A stretch of 64,000 nucleotides of DNA from Raillietiella orientalis (GCA_036172245.1 JAYWIR010000002.1:3410001-3474000), one strand, 5' to 3'. Counted from the stretch's first letter, positions 46,294-60,700 are shown. Notes: a model not told the origin generated them from the letters alone. Numbers and translations: made by a program.

Positions 46294-48726
46294 GGGGAGG
46301 TGATCTCGACCCGAGAGTTGATCCCGACAGGGGAAGGAGGTGGTGGGGGCAGGGGTTCCCGATCCCGGGATGACCTATCGAGGAGATACTTCACCAGGGG
46401 CAGCCTAGCGGCAGACCTCCTGGCGCATTGGCAGTGTGCCTCTCTACTCACCGCCGACTTGTTGCATTCCCCTCCGCTTCCCGTCCACCCATCCCTTCTC
46501 CCGCTTCGACGCTGCCTCCCGCTGGCTTCGCCCGGCGCCATCGCCAATGCCGCACGGTGTCGCTGCTCTCACCACCAACGGCAAAGCGCGACCTTTTGTC
46601 ACCTCAACCGCCAGCGGGAAACCGGAGGCATCTTCTCCCTCCCCATCAACCGTGCCACTATTCATCACTGCCAAAGTGCGCGGCGGCGGCGCCACCGATT
46701 CTGGCCTACTCGCCGCAGGCGCCGTCGCGGCCACTTTTGCCCTTTCCTCGCGTCCTCTTCCGGGTGCTCCCCACGCGGATGGTGGTTCCGCGGTGGCGTG
46801 GGGTCCGTGGCACACCCCAGCTCGCTGGATCGGATGGCCTCCCCGAGAAAGGGAGGGAAGGGGGAGGAGGCTCACGCCGGAAAGAGGAGGAAGGAAGTCG
46901 AGGAAGGGAGGGAATGCCCCCCTCCCCCTCCCTGCCGTCCCAGAGGGAATCGAATGCTCCACGGCTCCAGAGCTGCGGCAGACCTTCCCTTCCCCCTACT
47001 TTCCCCACCTTCCTGCTGGAGGTCCGGAAGGGAGGGTAGGGGGAGCAGAAGCAGCGGCGGTTCGCCCTCGTTCTGGACCCGCCCCTTCCCGAAACCGCGG
47101 GGGGGAGACATCGCGGACACGGTGGTGGGCGCGACATCCGACGGCCGCCCCACTAACCAACTCGGGGAGCAGCGGTTCTGAGAAAGTTCTCGCGAAGTCC
47201 GCTAGGCACCACGCCGGCCTTTCGTGGCACAGACCGCCCTCTTCGCGCCCCGAAGACCTTCCCGGACCCGAATTCCCCCAACTTCACCCCTTCCCCACCT
47301 CGGAAGCCAAGAGCCCGCATCCCCATTCGCGCGCACTGCGTAGCAACGCACGAACAGCGGAGGTGCGCGGCCGCAGCGCACGCAGCCACACGGAGGACGC
47401 TCCATGCTCTCCCCCTCCCCCCCACATCCGTCAGTCTGGTTCGTGAGCTGGTCAAAGTGGTCAGCTGGAGCCCACAGTAGGCAGCCTCCTCTCGGAAGGA
47501 CAAAGGATCGGACGGAAGGGCGCATGCGGGCGCCATCCCTCGAGCTGGACTGGACGTGCTCGGGTCAAGCGGGCAGCCCCTGCGACGGCCTTTCTCAGGG
47601 GTTATTCCAGGAAGGGAGCCTGCGCTCCTCCGAAAGGACAAGAGCCGGGAATATTGGCGACACGCAAAGCCGCTACTTGATCCCTGCCCCTGCCCACACC
47701 TCTGAGAACGGCAGAGGCCGGCAACAGGCACGTCACCAGAACACCGTGCGCTTCGCCGCAGTAGTCGCTCCGAGGGAGGCGGTCAGGGTTTCCAGAACAC
47801 CACCTGCTCCCGGGAGCCGGGAAGGAGGGCGTCCACTGGGCTCCTGGGTGCCCGCGGTGGGAAGCGGCTCCAGGCGGGGCCCATCGCTGCGCCATCTCCC
47901 CGATTCCTCCGCAACTCTTGGAGGATGAGGTGGGCCGGCGTCTTCATCCGGAAGGGGCTCCTTCCCGGGACGGGGTGCGTGGGGAGGGGTCGGACGCCCC
48001 CCTGAAAGTCAGCAGGTAGGGAGCCGACCTCCAGCCTCGTTCGGGGAGGGAAAGCACCGTGAGCACGGCACGGAAAAGGGGAGAGTTAAAAGGAGGGCCG
48101 TGGGTGGAAGGAGGGTATGGGCAGGAGAAGAAGACCCACAGGAGAGGTCTGCGCGGTTCGACCCCGGGGGCTGCGCTGCTGGCTGAGCTTTCGGGTCGGC
48201 TGTAGTCCTCGGCTCTTTGCCTCCCCACTCCAGCACCCTGACTCCCCGAGCGGACCTCAGCACAGTGCCGAGACGAGGGCGCGGAAGGCCGAGGTCGCGC
48301 GGGGTCGGTGCATGCGCGCTCGTCATAGACGCGTTTCCATGCGCGTCTATCCCTTTCCTCCTCGCCAGCACGGGACGGCATCCCTCCCAGAGCTCGCGTC
48401 GTCATCGTCATCGGCCGAAGGAGGGGCGGCGCGATTCGGTTGCGGCCACCCTGTCGGAGGAGACGCAGCAGGGAAGAAAGTAAAAAAAGAAAGGTGGAAA
48501 ACCGGGAAGGGCCCGCCCAACACACGCGCGTCCCAACCGGATGGCCGGGTGAGGCGGCGGTGTGGACGCCACACGTCAGGTCACCCACCCACCCTTGTGA
48601 GGAGCGAAGGGCTCTTCTCACATGGGAGGTGACCTCGACCCAAGAGTTGATCCCTACAGGGGAAGGAGATGGGGGCAGGGACTCCCGATCCCGGGAGGAC
48701 TTATCGCGGAGACACTTCGCCAGGGG
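46294..48726. repeat. Diverged ~105-bp repeat pair (46294-46400 and 48624-48726)
   Basis: gggaggtgatctcgacccgagagttgatcccgacaggggaagga... versus gggaggtgacctcgacccaagagttgatccctacaggggaagga...; probably two copies of one old element. Confidence 0.8.
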
Positions 48727-51700
48727 CGGGGCAGGGGCGCAGACCCCCTGACGGACCCGGCAGTGTGCTGCTCCTCTCCCCTCGAGTCCATGTCTCCCTT
48801 CTGACCGCGGAGGAGGGCGGAAGACGTGGACGGCGTGACGCCGCGCTCGGCGTAGTCCGCTTCGCACTCGCGGGGGCGCACGATTGAATCGTCAGGTGCG
48901 CGGAGCGGAGCGAGGCCTAGCCTTCCTAATCACCGCGCGCGTTCGCCCTTTGAAACAGCGAGCCTCCTCCTCCCACGCACCACCGAGGGCTGGTCCAGCA
49001 GGATGGACACCGATTTGCCCTCCCTCGGATGACCCGCGTCTATCAGCTCGGGATGTCCGAAGACAGCCGCCGTGGTGCCGCCTCCAGGAAAACGTGAGGC
49101 GGGCAGGCAGCGCCGTCGCCTACTTCGCCTTCCCCATCACCCCCCCTTCCACCTCCAGCGACCACGCCCAGGGGCCAAGAGCCCTATCTGACCGCGCTCG
49201 CGAACGCCGAAGAGGAGCCGAGTGTTCGCTTGCTGCTCCGAAAATCGGTCGACGGCGGGTTTCCGCGCCCCACTCGGCCGCTCCTTCCGGTGGCGGCAGC
49301 ACCTGAAAGACTCGCCGCCCTCTTCCTTTTCCCCCCCTCTTCGACCGGAAAAAAAAATCCTGCGCTAGCGTTTGATTTGCGCCGCCGCTTGACGTTGGTG
49401 AAGCCACCGCGGCCACCGAACGGGAGGTAGGGAGCAGACGCGCAGCTTGGTGTTTTAGAGCTTTCTGTTCAACAACCCGAGAAAAGGCCCCTCTCCCCCC
49501 ACCCCGGTCCCCGATCCGGGGGTGGGGAGCCCCCAGACAGACCCCGGTCCCGGAAGGCACCTAGAAGCCTGCCTCCCACGTTTCGAGCACCCCCTGAAGA
49601 AGACTCCGATCTCCATCCGAAAAATTCCCCGAATCGGGAAGAGCTGCTGGGAATGCGTCTCTGCGAGGCAAACAATCGATTGCCGAAAATAAATCCCGTA
49701 ACGTGGCAACCGCGATTAACAATGAAGCAAAGCGAGAGAAGTCGTCGCTCTTCGGAGGCGCGACCTTGAACGGCGAAAGCGCAAAGCGAAGCGTCCGACA
49801 GTCGCGGCAAAGCAAACAGACGGCAGCGCCGAAGCCGGAAAACCAGCGGAACCATCGGGAACGCGCTCTTCTCCCCCCCCCCCTCTCTCTCCCCCGCAGA
49901 GGAGGGATCGACGGGGAAGGAGAATCACTGGCGTGGGACATCGCGCGCGCGAAAGGTTTCCTGAGCGAGCCCGCCCCGCGTTTCGAATGCAGCGCGCGGA
50001 AGACCGGCGCTCCTGTGCGGCGGCAAGGGCGGGGAGGGAGGAAAGGAAGCCTGGCGGCGGACTCTGAGCCGGCAGGAACCGCAGCAGATCAATACGTTGC
50101 GAGCCGCCGCTCAACTAGAGAAGCAAGAACGTGCGGTGAGGAGAACAGCCATGGTTGTCCCGCGGCCTCTGTGGCTCCTTCTCTCCCCTCTCTCTTCTTC
50201 CCCCCCTCCCCTTCTGCTCCTTCCTTTTTCTTTCCTTTGCCTTGAAACCGTAGAGCTTCCCCTGGAGGAGGGAAGAGCGGAGGCGACCTTCGGGGAGGAT
50301 CCCCGGTGGAGCCACCGAGAAAGCCACTTCGACTCACTCCCTCACTGCAGCGAAGGCGATGGGGCAATGCAGATGGGGCCTCCGAGCCCCGGGAAAGATT
50401 GGTGCTTCCGGTTTGGAAGGCTTCCGAGGGATACTATCTTTGGAGGAGAAAGGAGGGGGAGGGTAGCCGCTCAACCGACCTTCCGGCGCTGACCTGCGAG
50501 AGACGAAGCCGCCGTTCATCCGGCTCGTACGGAGAGGGAAGCAACCGCGTCTCCGTGGGACCTCCGTGGTACGGTAGTCCGGATGGGACAGGATGCGGGC
50601 GCGTTAAGAGGAGTGGGGGGGGGGACTTGTCTGCGCGCGCGCTCACTGCCCCGGCTCCAATGCATCGCAGGCCCACGGGGACGGACGCGCACAGCTCGCG
50701 CGCGTTCCTCCTCAGGCGAGAAGAGTGAACGGGGCTCACGGCGGGGGTGGAAGGGGCGGAGGCGGGCAGGCTTGGTGGAGAGGCACGCCCACAGAGCGCG
50801 CGACTCCCCTAGGGGGAATCATGTGGATAGTCGAGCGAAAGAGCCCCCCTCTGTTCCATTTTTTTTTTTTTTTGGCCCTTTTTCCCCTCCTTTCCTCCCA
50901 GAAGACAGTCCGTCCCAGCCGGCACGAAACGGGAGGACCCCGCTGCCGAACCTGGAAACGCGGCGACGCGGGAGTTTCCCTCCTCCTCCCCTTTCCCCCT
51001 CCTCCGAGCAAGGCGACGCCCCCGCAAGGCACCGCCTGCCGGAACAGCCGCTTTTCTCAGGGTTTTCCGACGCCCGGAATGCCGACGCCCGTGCCCAGCG
51101 AACCGGATGACGTGGCAGCCGCTCGATAGAGGCGGCAGCAGCCCCGGGACGGACAGCGGCGGCGGCGCTCGGCAGCCCTTCCTCCGGCCGCTGCGCTCGG
51201 CACAGCTGCCAGTGCCGCAGCCCTTCGCCGACGACGGTGCGAGAGCTCGGGGCGAACAGAAAAGGAGGCGAGGGCCGGACGTCGCAAGCGGGGACCTCGG
51301 TGGCTGACCACGCGGCGACCAAGGATGTTAGGTGTCCTTGGGCAGCCTCTGCAGCAAAAAGCGATGATGGCAGCCGGCTCTCTGGAGCCGGCGCTAGAGA
51401 GGGGAGGCTCCTCCGTCGCCAGCTCCCGACGTCGGCCGCAAGCAGCTGGGAGGAAGCAGTTTCTTCCCGACCGCTCCCTTTCGGACGTGGAGAAAGCATC
51501 CTTTCCAGTCCGTTTCCGGTCGCAAGGCGGCCTCTTCCTCCCGGCGAGCTTGAACTTCGACATCCGCGAGCACCTAGACGACCGCCTGGGAAAAGCGCTC
51601 AAGAAAAGAAGCGCCCCGCCGTCTACCAGCACCAGCCTGCCACCCCTCGCTGTTCCAGGTGGTGTGCACCTCGGATGGGGTGGGGACCGCCCCTATTGAA

Positions 51701-53302
51701 ACCGCGACTACAAAGCTGTCTCGCATCCTTGCCATTCGTCATCGCCCCGGGAAACCTCAAGCAGTCGGCTCTTGCTCGAGGCTACTCCTAGACAACTTGC
51801 TTGAAAGGAAGGACTCTCGTTGTTGCTCTCCCAAACAAAGGACGTCTTCGAGAAGCAGGGGGGGATCCCGGGAGCGTCACGGAGTGCAGAGGAACCGTGA
51901 CGTGAGCGCCTCCTCTCAGAGGCCTCAGAAGGAAGAAGGAATCCGCCTCAGGAGCACAACGGGCAGGTCTGAGAAGGCTCTCCGGGAAGGGAGGGGAGAA
52001 TCGGCTGGTGCCAGGAAGCTCCCAGGACGCGGCGGATGCGAATCGCAACAGACGAGGAGGAAAGCGAGGCCCTGCCTCCCGTGCTGTCTCTCAGGAGATG
52101 GCGGCTGTGCCTGGTTCGCACCCTTTAGGAAGGACGGTTGCATCTCACGCGGTCGCGGGCGACAGCAGCGGCGCCACCTGCACCCTCCCGGGTCGGTCTC
52201 TGGGAAGAGAAGCCAAAGGGGGAGGAGGAAAAAAAAACGGGAGAAGTCTCCTGGTTTGACGGAAACCTCCCCGCGGGGCTACGACTTGTGCGGCGCATCC
52301 GAGGGAGCACGCGGAACGCCTACTCCAAGGTCGACCTCCGAAGCAGATGCTCCAGCGCGCCTGTTCCGCATTGGATCCGGAGACATTCGGGACAGAGGAG
52401 GCTGAGACGGGAGGATCTGCCTGAGACCCCGATTGCGACCTTTGCTGCCAACGCATCCTTCCAGAGGGCTTCGCCGCCCTCGGATATCTCCCAAGCAGTG
52501 AAAGGTGAGCACGTGCAGACTTCCCGAGCGCGCCAAGCTGCAGGAAGGTTGGCCGTCCTTCCTTGCGGGCACAAATGACCACAGCTCTGGATGAGGACAC
52601 TCAGCGCTTGGAGAGGGGAGGGGAGAGGTGTCTCGCATACGAATGGGAAAGCTGCGGACGAGAAACCTTCGAAGAGCTGGACCGAGTCGAGCCCTATCAG
52701 GCCTGATGAAGGCCATCGGCAGCCCTTGATATGGCGAATCCCCATGCCGTTCCTTCCCTTTCCTATTGGCAATGAATTCTGTCCTTCTCACTTCATGAGA
52801 ATTCTTGCTGGAAGACTTTCACTCTTCTTCGTCCTCTTTCCCCGCGTTCCGTTCGTGCTGGAGCGTTCCGGGCGTTCCCGGTTTCGAGCTCCGTGCAAGC
52901 GCCCCGGCAAGCGTGTCCTGCGTCATCCCCTAGGATGGGAGCAGACCGTCCCCAGATCGCTGCGATTTCTCACCCCTTCCTCTCCTGTACTACGTAGCTG
53001 CGTGAGCCGCAATAGGCAAATCGCAAAGTTCATTAAATCCTGTGAGCTGCACGAACAGATCCGTGTCTTGCGGTTCTCATGTAATTCCCGAACGGAAAAC
53101 TGCGGTTCCAACCGTGCGAACGGATAAACGCAGACTGCTGCAGAGCACGAAACGAAACCACTCGCGGGAGTGCACCACCGAAACGGACTCTCTCACCTAC
53201 GAAACGATACTTGGGAACCCTGCAACCAGCTCGGACTCACGTCCACCGCTCACTAAAACTCAGTGAGCGGCGTCACGAAAAATCACGACCACTGTGCGTT
53301 CG

Positions 53303-53505
53303 AATCATTGTTAACGAGTGTTCATGGAAACTCCCCGCACGGCCGTCTCGCCATACTCAGACATCATTGTTAGAAGATTTCTATATATATCTCGGCCGAC
53401 TCGCGTTCTCAGAGCGTCTCGAGACGTCATTGTTAACGAGTCTATATATAGCCCCTCACTACCGTCTAGCCATGCGCACGTCGTTTCGGTAGAGACGTCA
53501 TACGG
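53303..53505. repeat. Degenerate ~60-bp-period repeat
   Basis: tcattgttaacgagt, tcattgttagaagatttctatatatat and tcattgttaacgagtctatatatagccc recur at ~60-bp spacing, with a partial fourth unit (agagacgtcat). Confidence 0.65.
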
Positions 53506-54284
53506 ACTGATTCTGGCGCAGGGACAAACGGCTGCTTGCATTCCGAGGCCACGGAACTTTGCAGGCTTTCGGAGGGTTCGATCTGCTGAAGCACCTGCAC
53601 TGTTATTCCAGGCTGTTTGAGACGACACCGTCTCAGGGTATGCAACCGGTTGCCCTCCGGTCTTTGCCGAAGGAAAGCCCAAACACCCGTTCCGCAGGCG
53701 GCAAAGGGAGGGAGAAAGCAGGTGCTCTTAGCTGGGGTCTCTGGGCACCTGGAAGCTCGTGGAGATCGAAAGCAGGGGTGATGGGTGATCTTCCCTTTTC
53801 CGGGATTGGCAGCAGCGTTTTGCGTTTCCCGGAGTTCGTGCATCAACTGAAATCCCGGATGCGGTTCAAAGACAGAGCAAAGGAGCTCTCCTCCTCTCCT
53901 CTTTTTTGCTGCTTTCCCAGGACCAGTCAACTCCCGCGCTCTCCCCTTTGCGTAAGATTGAGGACGGCGAGGCAAGACGTTTCGGGAGTCTAGGAATCCT
54001 AGAAGGGGCGCAGGAAGGGGAACAGACTCCCGACAGAAGGCCGGGAGAAGGAAGAAAACCTCCTCCTCCCTCTGGAGCCGTTGTCTGGAACGCGTGCGGA
54101 ACCCGGAGCGGAGGAATCGAACCCGAGCAAGCGGGGAAAGGAAGCAGGACCATCGAGGAGCGTTTCTGCTTCCCGAAACATGTGCAGGCGCACTCGAAAA
54201 AGACAGGCATGTCGTGCGGACACCATCCTTTCCGAGTTCCTCGGCAGAGGTCGGGGGCATCTCTCCTCGACTGACCTCTGAAAG

Positions 54285-54420
54285 ACTTCCTTGACAAGAG
54301 ATCTGGAGGGAAAAAAGAGGTTCCGATACCTCTTGGGAGGGGCGTCTTCACAAGCTGTGGCTCGTTGCCGGCTGCCGCTGCGGATCTCCAAAGAGGGTGA
54401 TGAGGCTTTCCAAGAGCGTG
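54285..54420 (+). mobile_element. Possible decayed LINE ORF2 post-RT fragment
   Basis: LTRDLEGKKRFRYLLGG...VARCRLPLRISKEG resembles TTREVEKLQRKTLWGKYRPRVRLKPLCRSKEEGG of the large LINE. Confidence 0.4.
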
Positions 54421-57400
54421 GAGAAAAGAAAAACCTAACGGCGGAACGCCATCTGGAAGGTTGTCGGATCCACAGGAGGGCCCTCCCCTGGACCGCCACG
54501 TCCCTATCGCATCATCACAAGGGTACCCTCGCACCCGGATGGTACAGTGAAGAGCCTTCTAGAACTTCTTCCCCTGTCCCTTCTTCGGACTGAGGTGCCA
54601 GTGCAGGGAAGGCCTCTAGGCCCTGTGAAGCCATGAACGTTGCTTGGCAACGGAGTTGACGCACTTCAAGCTTCAAGCCTCCCCCGGGATCCCAATCACA
54701 TTTCCCGCTGATCGTTCTCCTCTCCATTTTCCCCTCTCCCTCCCCCCGTTCGCCATCATCTCTTTTTCTCGTCTCTTGCGTCCCTCTATGCTTCCTAGCC
54801 CTTTTTCCTCTTTATTCCTCCTCCTTTCCTTTCCTCCCGCCTTGATCCCTGGATAGAGATGGCGCTTTCGGGAGGCCTTCAGCGCGTGTTGTCATGTATC
54901 CAACCAGCAACCAGCAGAGCTGGAACTCCCCCCTCCCTCCGCCAGCCTGTTCGACATCTCGCTCCCCAACCCCTGAAACGCTGCCAGTCCTCCTCCCTCC
55001 TGCGCTCCTTTACTTCCGCTTGCGCACGCAACGAAGGGACTTGCCGGACGAGGGTGCCAAGCGCGCGCGCCGCTTTCCGTAGATTCGGCGATCCCGCGGA
55101 AGCTTTTTTTCTCGCTGCTCCCGGTGTGTCCTCTGTTGCCGCCGCCTCCCGTCCCTACTCGTCGTCTCCCCGGGAACCAGAAAAGGAGAGAGGGAACTGA
55201 AGAGCGGCGGTTTCCCATCTTCAAAGCCGGCATTCCCGGGGCGACGCTGGCTCATGGGAAGCTGGAAAGACTGCACGCACCTCTCAGGAAGGGCGAGAGA
55301 GGAGGGGAAGCGGACGAGGAACCCGACGACAGTCGCTTCCTGCGTCTCCTGCCCGCTCTCCTTTTCGGGAAGGGCGCTCCTGAGCGCCGCGGTGCAGGCT
55401 CTTCAGTGAGCTTCACTGGAGGGACTGCATTATTCCCGGCATTCCCATCGCCGGGAGGCAGACTCTCGACGTCGCTGCTTCCTCCTCTGAGGGAAGAAAC
55501 GAAGCCCCGTTTCCAGAGTCATGCGGGAAGGAGGCGGTGACGACGACCCGGGACGGGAGGACTTCCCTCTCTGGCGCCGTCTTCCGCTCGGGGCACGAAC
55601 TCCTCCTCCCCTCCCAGGTTCTCTCGGAACCGAGCAGGCGCCGCTGCCCGCGCCTGCGTGCACGCACATCGGGAAGATAACGCGCGCCGGAGAGCATCGG
55701 CGGGGCGATCCCAAAGGTCGAGCGCGGCGTGACTGCACCGGAAATCCTGAGTCACCCTCCCGCTGGGTTCACCGGGAAGAAGGGAAAGCGAAAAGGGGGG
55801 AAGAGGAACAGCGCCGTCTGCGCGAGCGTCGGCCACGAGGACCGAAGGAGCGGACCTCCTCCTCCCTACTCTCCTCGTCCTTTCCGGAAGGCAGAGAGCA
55901 CCCCGCTCGATGTTGGGGAGCGCTTTCGTTTCAAAGAGCATCTGCGGCACGGTCAAAGGTCGCAGTCTCGGCCCACCAACACCCAGCGGCTGGTGTAAAC
56001 AACAGCTTTCCGGCGACCCGTTGTAAAAGGATTGCCCCGAGCCGTATAGGCCGGATCAAAAGAAGATCACCACGGAGCATCCCAAGGTCTCCTCCGTCTT
56101 AGCAGGAGGTCCGGAAGTTAGTCTCCGGGATGCCCTTTCCTTCCTCCCTCCCCCAGTTCCTGGAGGTCGTGTCTCTAGGAAAAAAGTCTCTGGTTGAATT
56201 TCTGGTTCTCCCTTTGGAGTTGGGGCGTCTGTGTGAAAAGGGAAAAAAGAGGGTGGGAGGGAGAGGGAGGATAGGAGCAATACGGCCAGCGGTCGGTCAG
56301 CAGCACAGTTTTTTTTTTTTTTTTTTCCAGTGGTTGGCGTGACCTCACTAAGTCAGTCTCTTTGCGTCGGAAGCACATCCGGGACTGCAAGAAAGCGAAA
56401 GAACAGATTGGACCAAGTAGGGAAGAATTGAAAAGAATGGAGCAGCTGAAGCTTCTGTCCGCGTGCAGATCCTTGCAGACGTGTCCAGGAGCCTGCAACT
56501 TGCAGGCAAATGCCCCCGGTGCTCCACCTTGCGGGAGCGCCTTCGGGGAGACCACGTGCGTCTCTGTGGAACGTGGTCTGGACATCTCTCGTCCGTTCCG
56601 GAAGTGCGAACAAAATGAGAGCACCGTGAAACAGCGGAAAATGGCAACGGTGGCCAGGCATTGCAATCCCTGAGAGAACGGCGAGAACACGAAGGATCTT
56701 GTGATGCCACCGCACTGGGCCTACATCACGAGTCAGGAGCCAGCAGGAAAAGGGGGAGCAATTAGGAGCAACAAGGGAAAGGACTGGACCCTCGAGTGTT
56801 ACTTCCAGAGACTGTGATCAGATCTTGTGTTCGGTGCTATGCTGAGCACCGGATCCGTTGGTTTACTCGCCGCGCTCGCAGCGCCCCTCCGGCACTAGCA
56901 GACCACTAGAGAGTCCTGGAAGATGGGAGAAATGGGGTCGAAGAGGTCTGCCATGCGCATGCGAAATCGCTGCTCCTCCTCCTCGGCTCTCCAGAGCAAA
57001 ACAGCGCGCGGCAGCAGAAACTGGGAAGTGAAACGACAGCGTTCGCTCTCGAGTGTTCCTAGCGCCGCCACCAGCACCACCTGGTGTCGTTTCGGGGAAC
57101 GACGAGAGACACCTCGCATGTGTTCGGACACCCTGCTCGAGCGGGCGCTCTGTTATGGAAACATGACTCACGCGAAGAGGGGGAGGGAGAGGAGGAGGAA
57201 AGAGTCGAGCACACAGGGAGGCGCTCTCAGTCCGCGCCAGCAGATGTTGCGAGTTGAATGGGCAGGAAATCAGGCATGGTTCCGATCCAGCCGATGGTTG
57301 CCATGATCCGTGGTGCGTGGATCTCACTCCTGGAAAAGGTAAGGAGCAGCCTGGTAACGTCCACGACCGGTGCTCTCCCAAGAGTCGAAAAGACTCAGCA

Positions 57401-57726
57401 GAACGCGTTTCGCCATTGCCTTCTCTTCTGCTTTCTCCGAATTTCTGGTGCACGTCCCCGTCTTTTAACTCGCTGAACGGCACGGAGCAGTCGGTAACGG
57501 ATTAATAAAAAAAGAATGTTTCTGCATTATCGCAGGACGCAACGTTTTCGCAGCGCTACGCGCCTCTATGGGGGAACAGAAACCAAGTCTCAGGCAGAAA
57601 GGAGGGAGCTATGTACAAGTATACTGAAGGTATGCCTATTCCGTGCAACATGTCTCTAAAAAGTGCTGACTGGTGTTCTGTTCTCACCCGCAACGAAAAT
57701 TCCCGTGTTTTTCGTGCGAGCACATG

Positions 57727-57795
57727 TTTTTTTTTTTTTTTTTTTTGTTGGTGTGTGTGTTTGTGTGTGCGTGCGTGTGTGTTGTTGTTCGTGTG
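57727..57795. repeat. Poly-T plus imperfect (GT)n microsatellite
   Basis: A T run followed by gtgtgtgtgtttgtgtgtgcgtgcgtgtgtg. Confidence 0.9.
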
Positions 57796-60700
57796 ATGAC
57801 TTTCGGAAAATTTTCTTGCCGGACAGTACGAAGCAGGAAAATTCTCAAGTCATTTGATAGCTGATGATTCGATAAGTTTGATGTTGCAGCGCAGCGCCAA
57901 GCTGATGCTGAGGAAAGAAGAAAAAAACGAAAGGAAAAGGACGTTTCTTGGAAGAATAAGCACACCAAGTAACACAAGTGCACGGTTTACGTATTGATTC
58001 CTGAAACGTAGGCTTTTGTTCCGCCGAACAACCTTCTCCGTCCCCATGGTTTTTCATTGTTACGTGTTGTCGCCTTTTGCCGAAACCCAGGGTAACGGAT
58101 CGCTCAAACCTTAACGAAAAACATACCTGGTTTTCTTTCATGAGGAATTGGTATTGATTTTTCTTGTTTCGTTTTTCGTTAGTTTTCGTCAAGGAGCATT
58201 TTTTTAAAAAAAAAATTAATAAATAAATAAAATGAAAAATGAAAACTCGCCGACTGTGTGGCTCGTCCTCTGTTCCACCGTTTGCACGTTTGTTGCTGTG
58301 GCAACAGGGTTTTCGTAAACGTTAATTTTGGAAATTGTATACAAAAGAGGAAAGCGTACGACACCAAGAAGACGCAGGCGTGCGATGAAACCAGCACGAC
58401 TGCGATTGGCGATGGGAGAACGGGAAGATCGGGTTTTCCAGAGGAACTCGAGGAACGATCCCATCGGAACCGAAAGGAATTTGTGTGTGTGCTCGACTGT
58501 GGAAGATTTTTATTTTCCGTTTCCTCACTGAGATGTTCGTTCAATCACGTGCTGCACTCGTGTTCGTACGGCGCGGATGGCCGATCCATGTCAGCAAAAA
58601 TGATTCAGTATTTTATCTACGAACATTTGCTGTTGACAATCCTTTCGTTAACGATAACCAAGAGCATGAAGGAAGCTGTGAGTTATGTGAGCGTGACGTC
58701 GATTGCCAGGGAAACACACACGGATTCGGAAAAAAAAAATCGGAGGGGTCAGAGTGATCTTGACGCTCCCATTTGCGAACCTCTGAACGGCACGAACGCA
58801 TCCATTTGGAGACCCACCGTGTACGCAGTGCGACGCGTGGGGGTGGGTGGACTTCCTCCTCCTCGCTTACCTTTGTCCGACTCGGTGCATTTTTCTTTCT
58901 TTCTTTTTTTTTTCTTTTTATCTCGCCTTTATTTTCTCCCCATGTGGCGCGCTTGCGAGCACGCTTAAAAGTGTTGCGCTGGACACAAAGCGTGTCTGAA
59001 AAAGAAACACGAACAGGAAAAGCGACTTCTAATCGGAGTGCTGATAAACCGCGCAATCGGAATCTCCGAGAAGCGCACGTAGGAGGAGGAAGAAGGGGGG
59101 CTCCTTGGTTTTGCCAGTGCGATTTTATTTGCACGGGGAAGCGCAGTTGCCAAGGGAGCAGGTTCGATGTGTGCCATCCGGGCTAGACTTTGAATGGACG
59201 CGAAATAAATAAGATCAGCGGCGAAGGGAGGTCTGGCGAGAAAACGTATGATGACAATCTGCGAAATGACATCTGTTCCCGTAATTGTGTTGGCTCCCCG
59301 TGCGCACACGCAACCATTGGCGACGAGGACCGGCTCTCCCCGTCCCGCCGAATGAGATGCGGCGTGAAAATTTGATCGGATTGAAATTCCAGCTCTCTTC
59401 GAGCTTCCATCCAGCTTTCTTTCTTTTTTTTTTTTTTTTCCCCTCGTGGGGAGGGAGGGGGGGGAGGGGGAACGAATCCGATCCCGGAGACGTCCGAACG
59501 CAGGAATCGATGGGAAAGGTGGGGGGGCGGCGAACCGGTTTCCACGGTGTCTTCGCCGCGGGAGCACCTACGCGCCTTCGTTGGCGGTGAAGGCGATCTC
59601 TTCACGCTCGTGCGGTGAAGAGGCTTCGCGAGGCCTTCTTCCGCGCCCCTTGGAAACCGTCCCTCGAGCCAGCTCTTTTCCTGCTTCCACGGTGCGGCGG
59701 CGGGAGCCTTGAAGTTCTCTGGCGTGCCGGGCGGCGCAACCCGGAGCAACCGCGAGCTCTCTGCCTTGGACGCGTGCGCACCCGATGCAGGAATCCACCG
59801 CGCCTTGCCAGGCAGCCGGCTCGTCGGGAGGTGAGCCTGGAGTCGATGTGCGGCCGCCAGGGGCCGCCTCCGAGCGTCGCCGCGGATGTCCTCGATCCGC
59901 GCGCGCTCGAGTTCCCGTGGGGGGACAAAAAAAAAAAAAACGCAGCACCCCGCGAGGAATCCGCATTTATCCCAAGCGCGCCAGCACAGCAGAGGGTAGG
60001 CATGCGTGCGCATGCGCGCCGCCGCGGAGCCGCTGAGGGGAAAAGCAAGAGTCGCTCCGAGCCGCCGCTTTTCGTCGCAGGGGGCGCTGATCCGGGAATT
60101 CTCCGGGAAGAAAAAACGAAAGGAAAGCCAGCGGCGACGGGAAGCGGCGCTCCCTCGGTTCGGAGGGAGGGGGCGCCGCCGTGCTTCTGCTCACGCAGGT
60201 TCCCGGGAGCCCGTCGACTCCCGCCCGCGAGTCCCCCGCCATCCTTTCCCGGCGGTCACCGCGGGCGCAGCGAGCGCTTCGTGGTGGCAGAGCCCCGCTA
60301 CGGCGGTCCAGGGAGGCTGCCCAACCTCCTGCCGCTGCGCAACAATGGGAGGGCTCCCTAGGAAGCGCGTGGCGACCGTCGAGAGGGGGAAGCGGGCCGC
60401 GGGTCGGCAGCTCCCGCGCGCCCGTCCGTCCCTATTGCATCCAGCCCCGTTTTCCAGTGGCGTGGAGCGCGCGGAGACGGCGGGAGGGGGAGGGGGGGAG
60501 GAAGAGGAGGGAGAGAAGAATCCGTCGCGGTTTACACGCGAAGCAGCCTCCCTCCGGAAGCGCCTTCGGTCTACTTCCGGTCATCCGGCGGGATCCTCCG
60601 CCTGCGTTCGGAAAGAAAGAACAATTTTCCTCTGCACGGGACCTCCGAACCGAGGTCGGTCGAGGTCTCCGTGTCGTCTGGAGGGCCCGCAGCAACCCAG

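Noticed and set aside
47600-52500. Further knuckle-like words (DYCGEAHGVLVTC on minus ~47750; DLCGASE on plus ~52285)
   Set aside because: Possibly more LINE debris, but too decayed to delimit.
52700-52745. cctgatgaaggcc...ggcgaat, a Penelope-type hammerhead-like start
   Set aside because: The closing GGCCGAAA is absent and the stems do not form.
53303-53505. CRISPR-like spacing of repeats
   Set aside because: The repeats are few and degenerate, the context is eukaryotic, and there are no cas genes.
56350-56700. KALPQG / GLPEG RT-like words on the minus strand
   Set aside because: No accompanying YxDD or other RT motifs.
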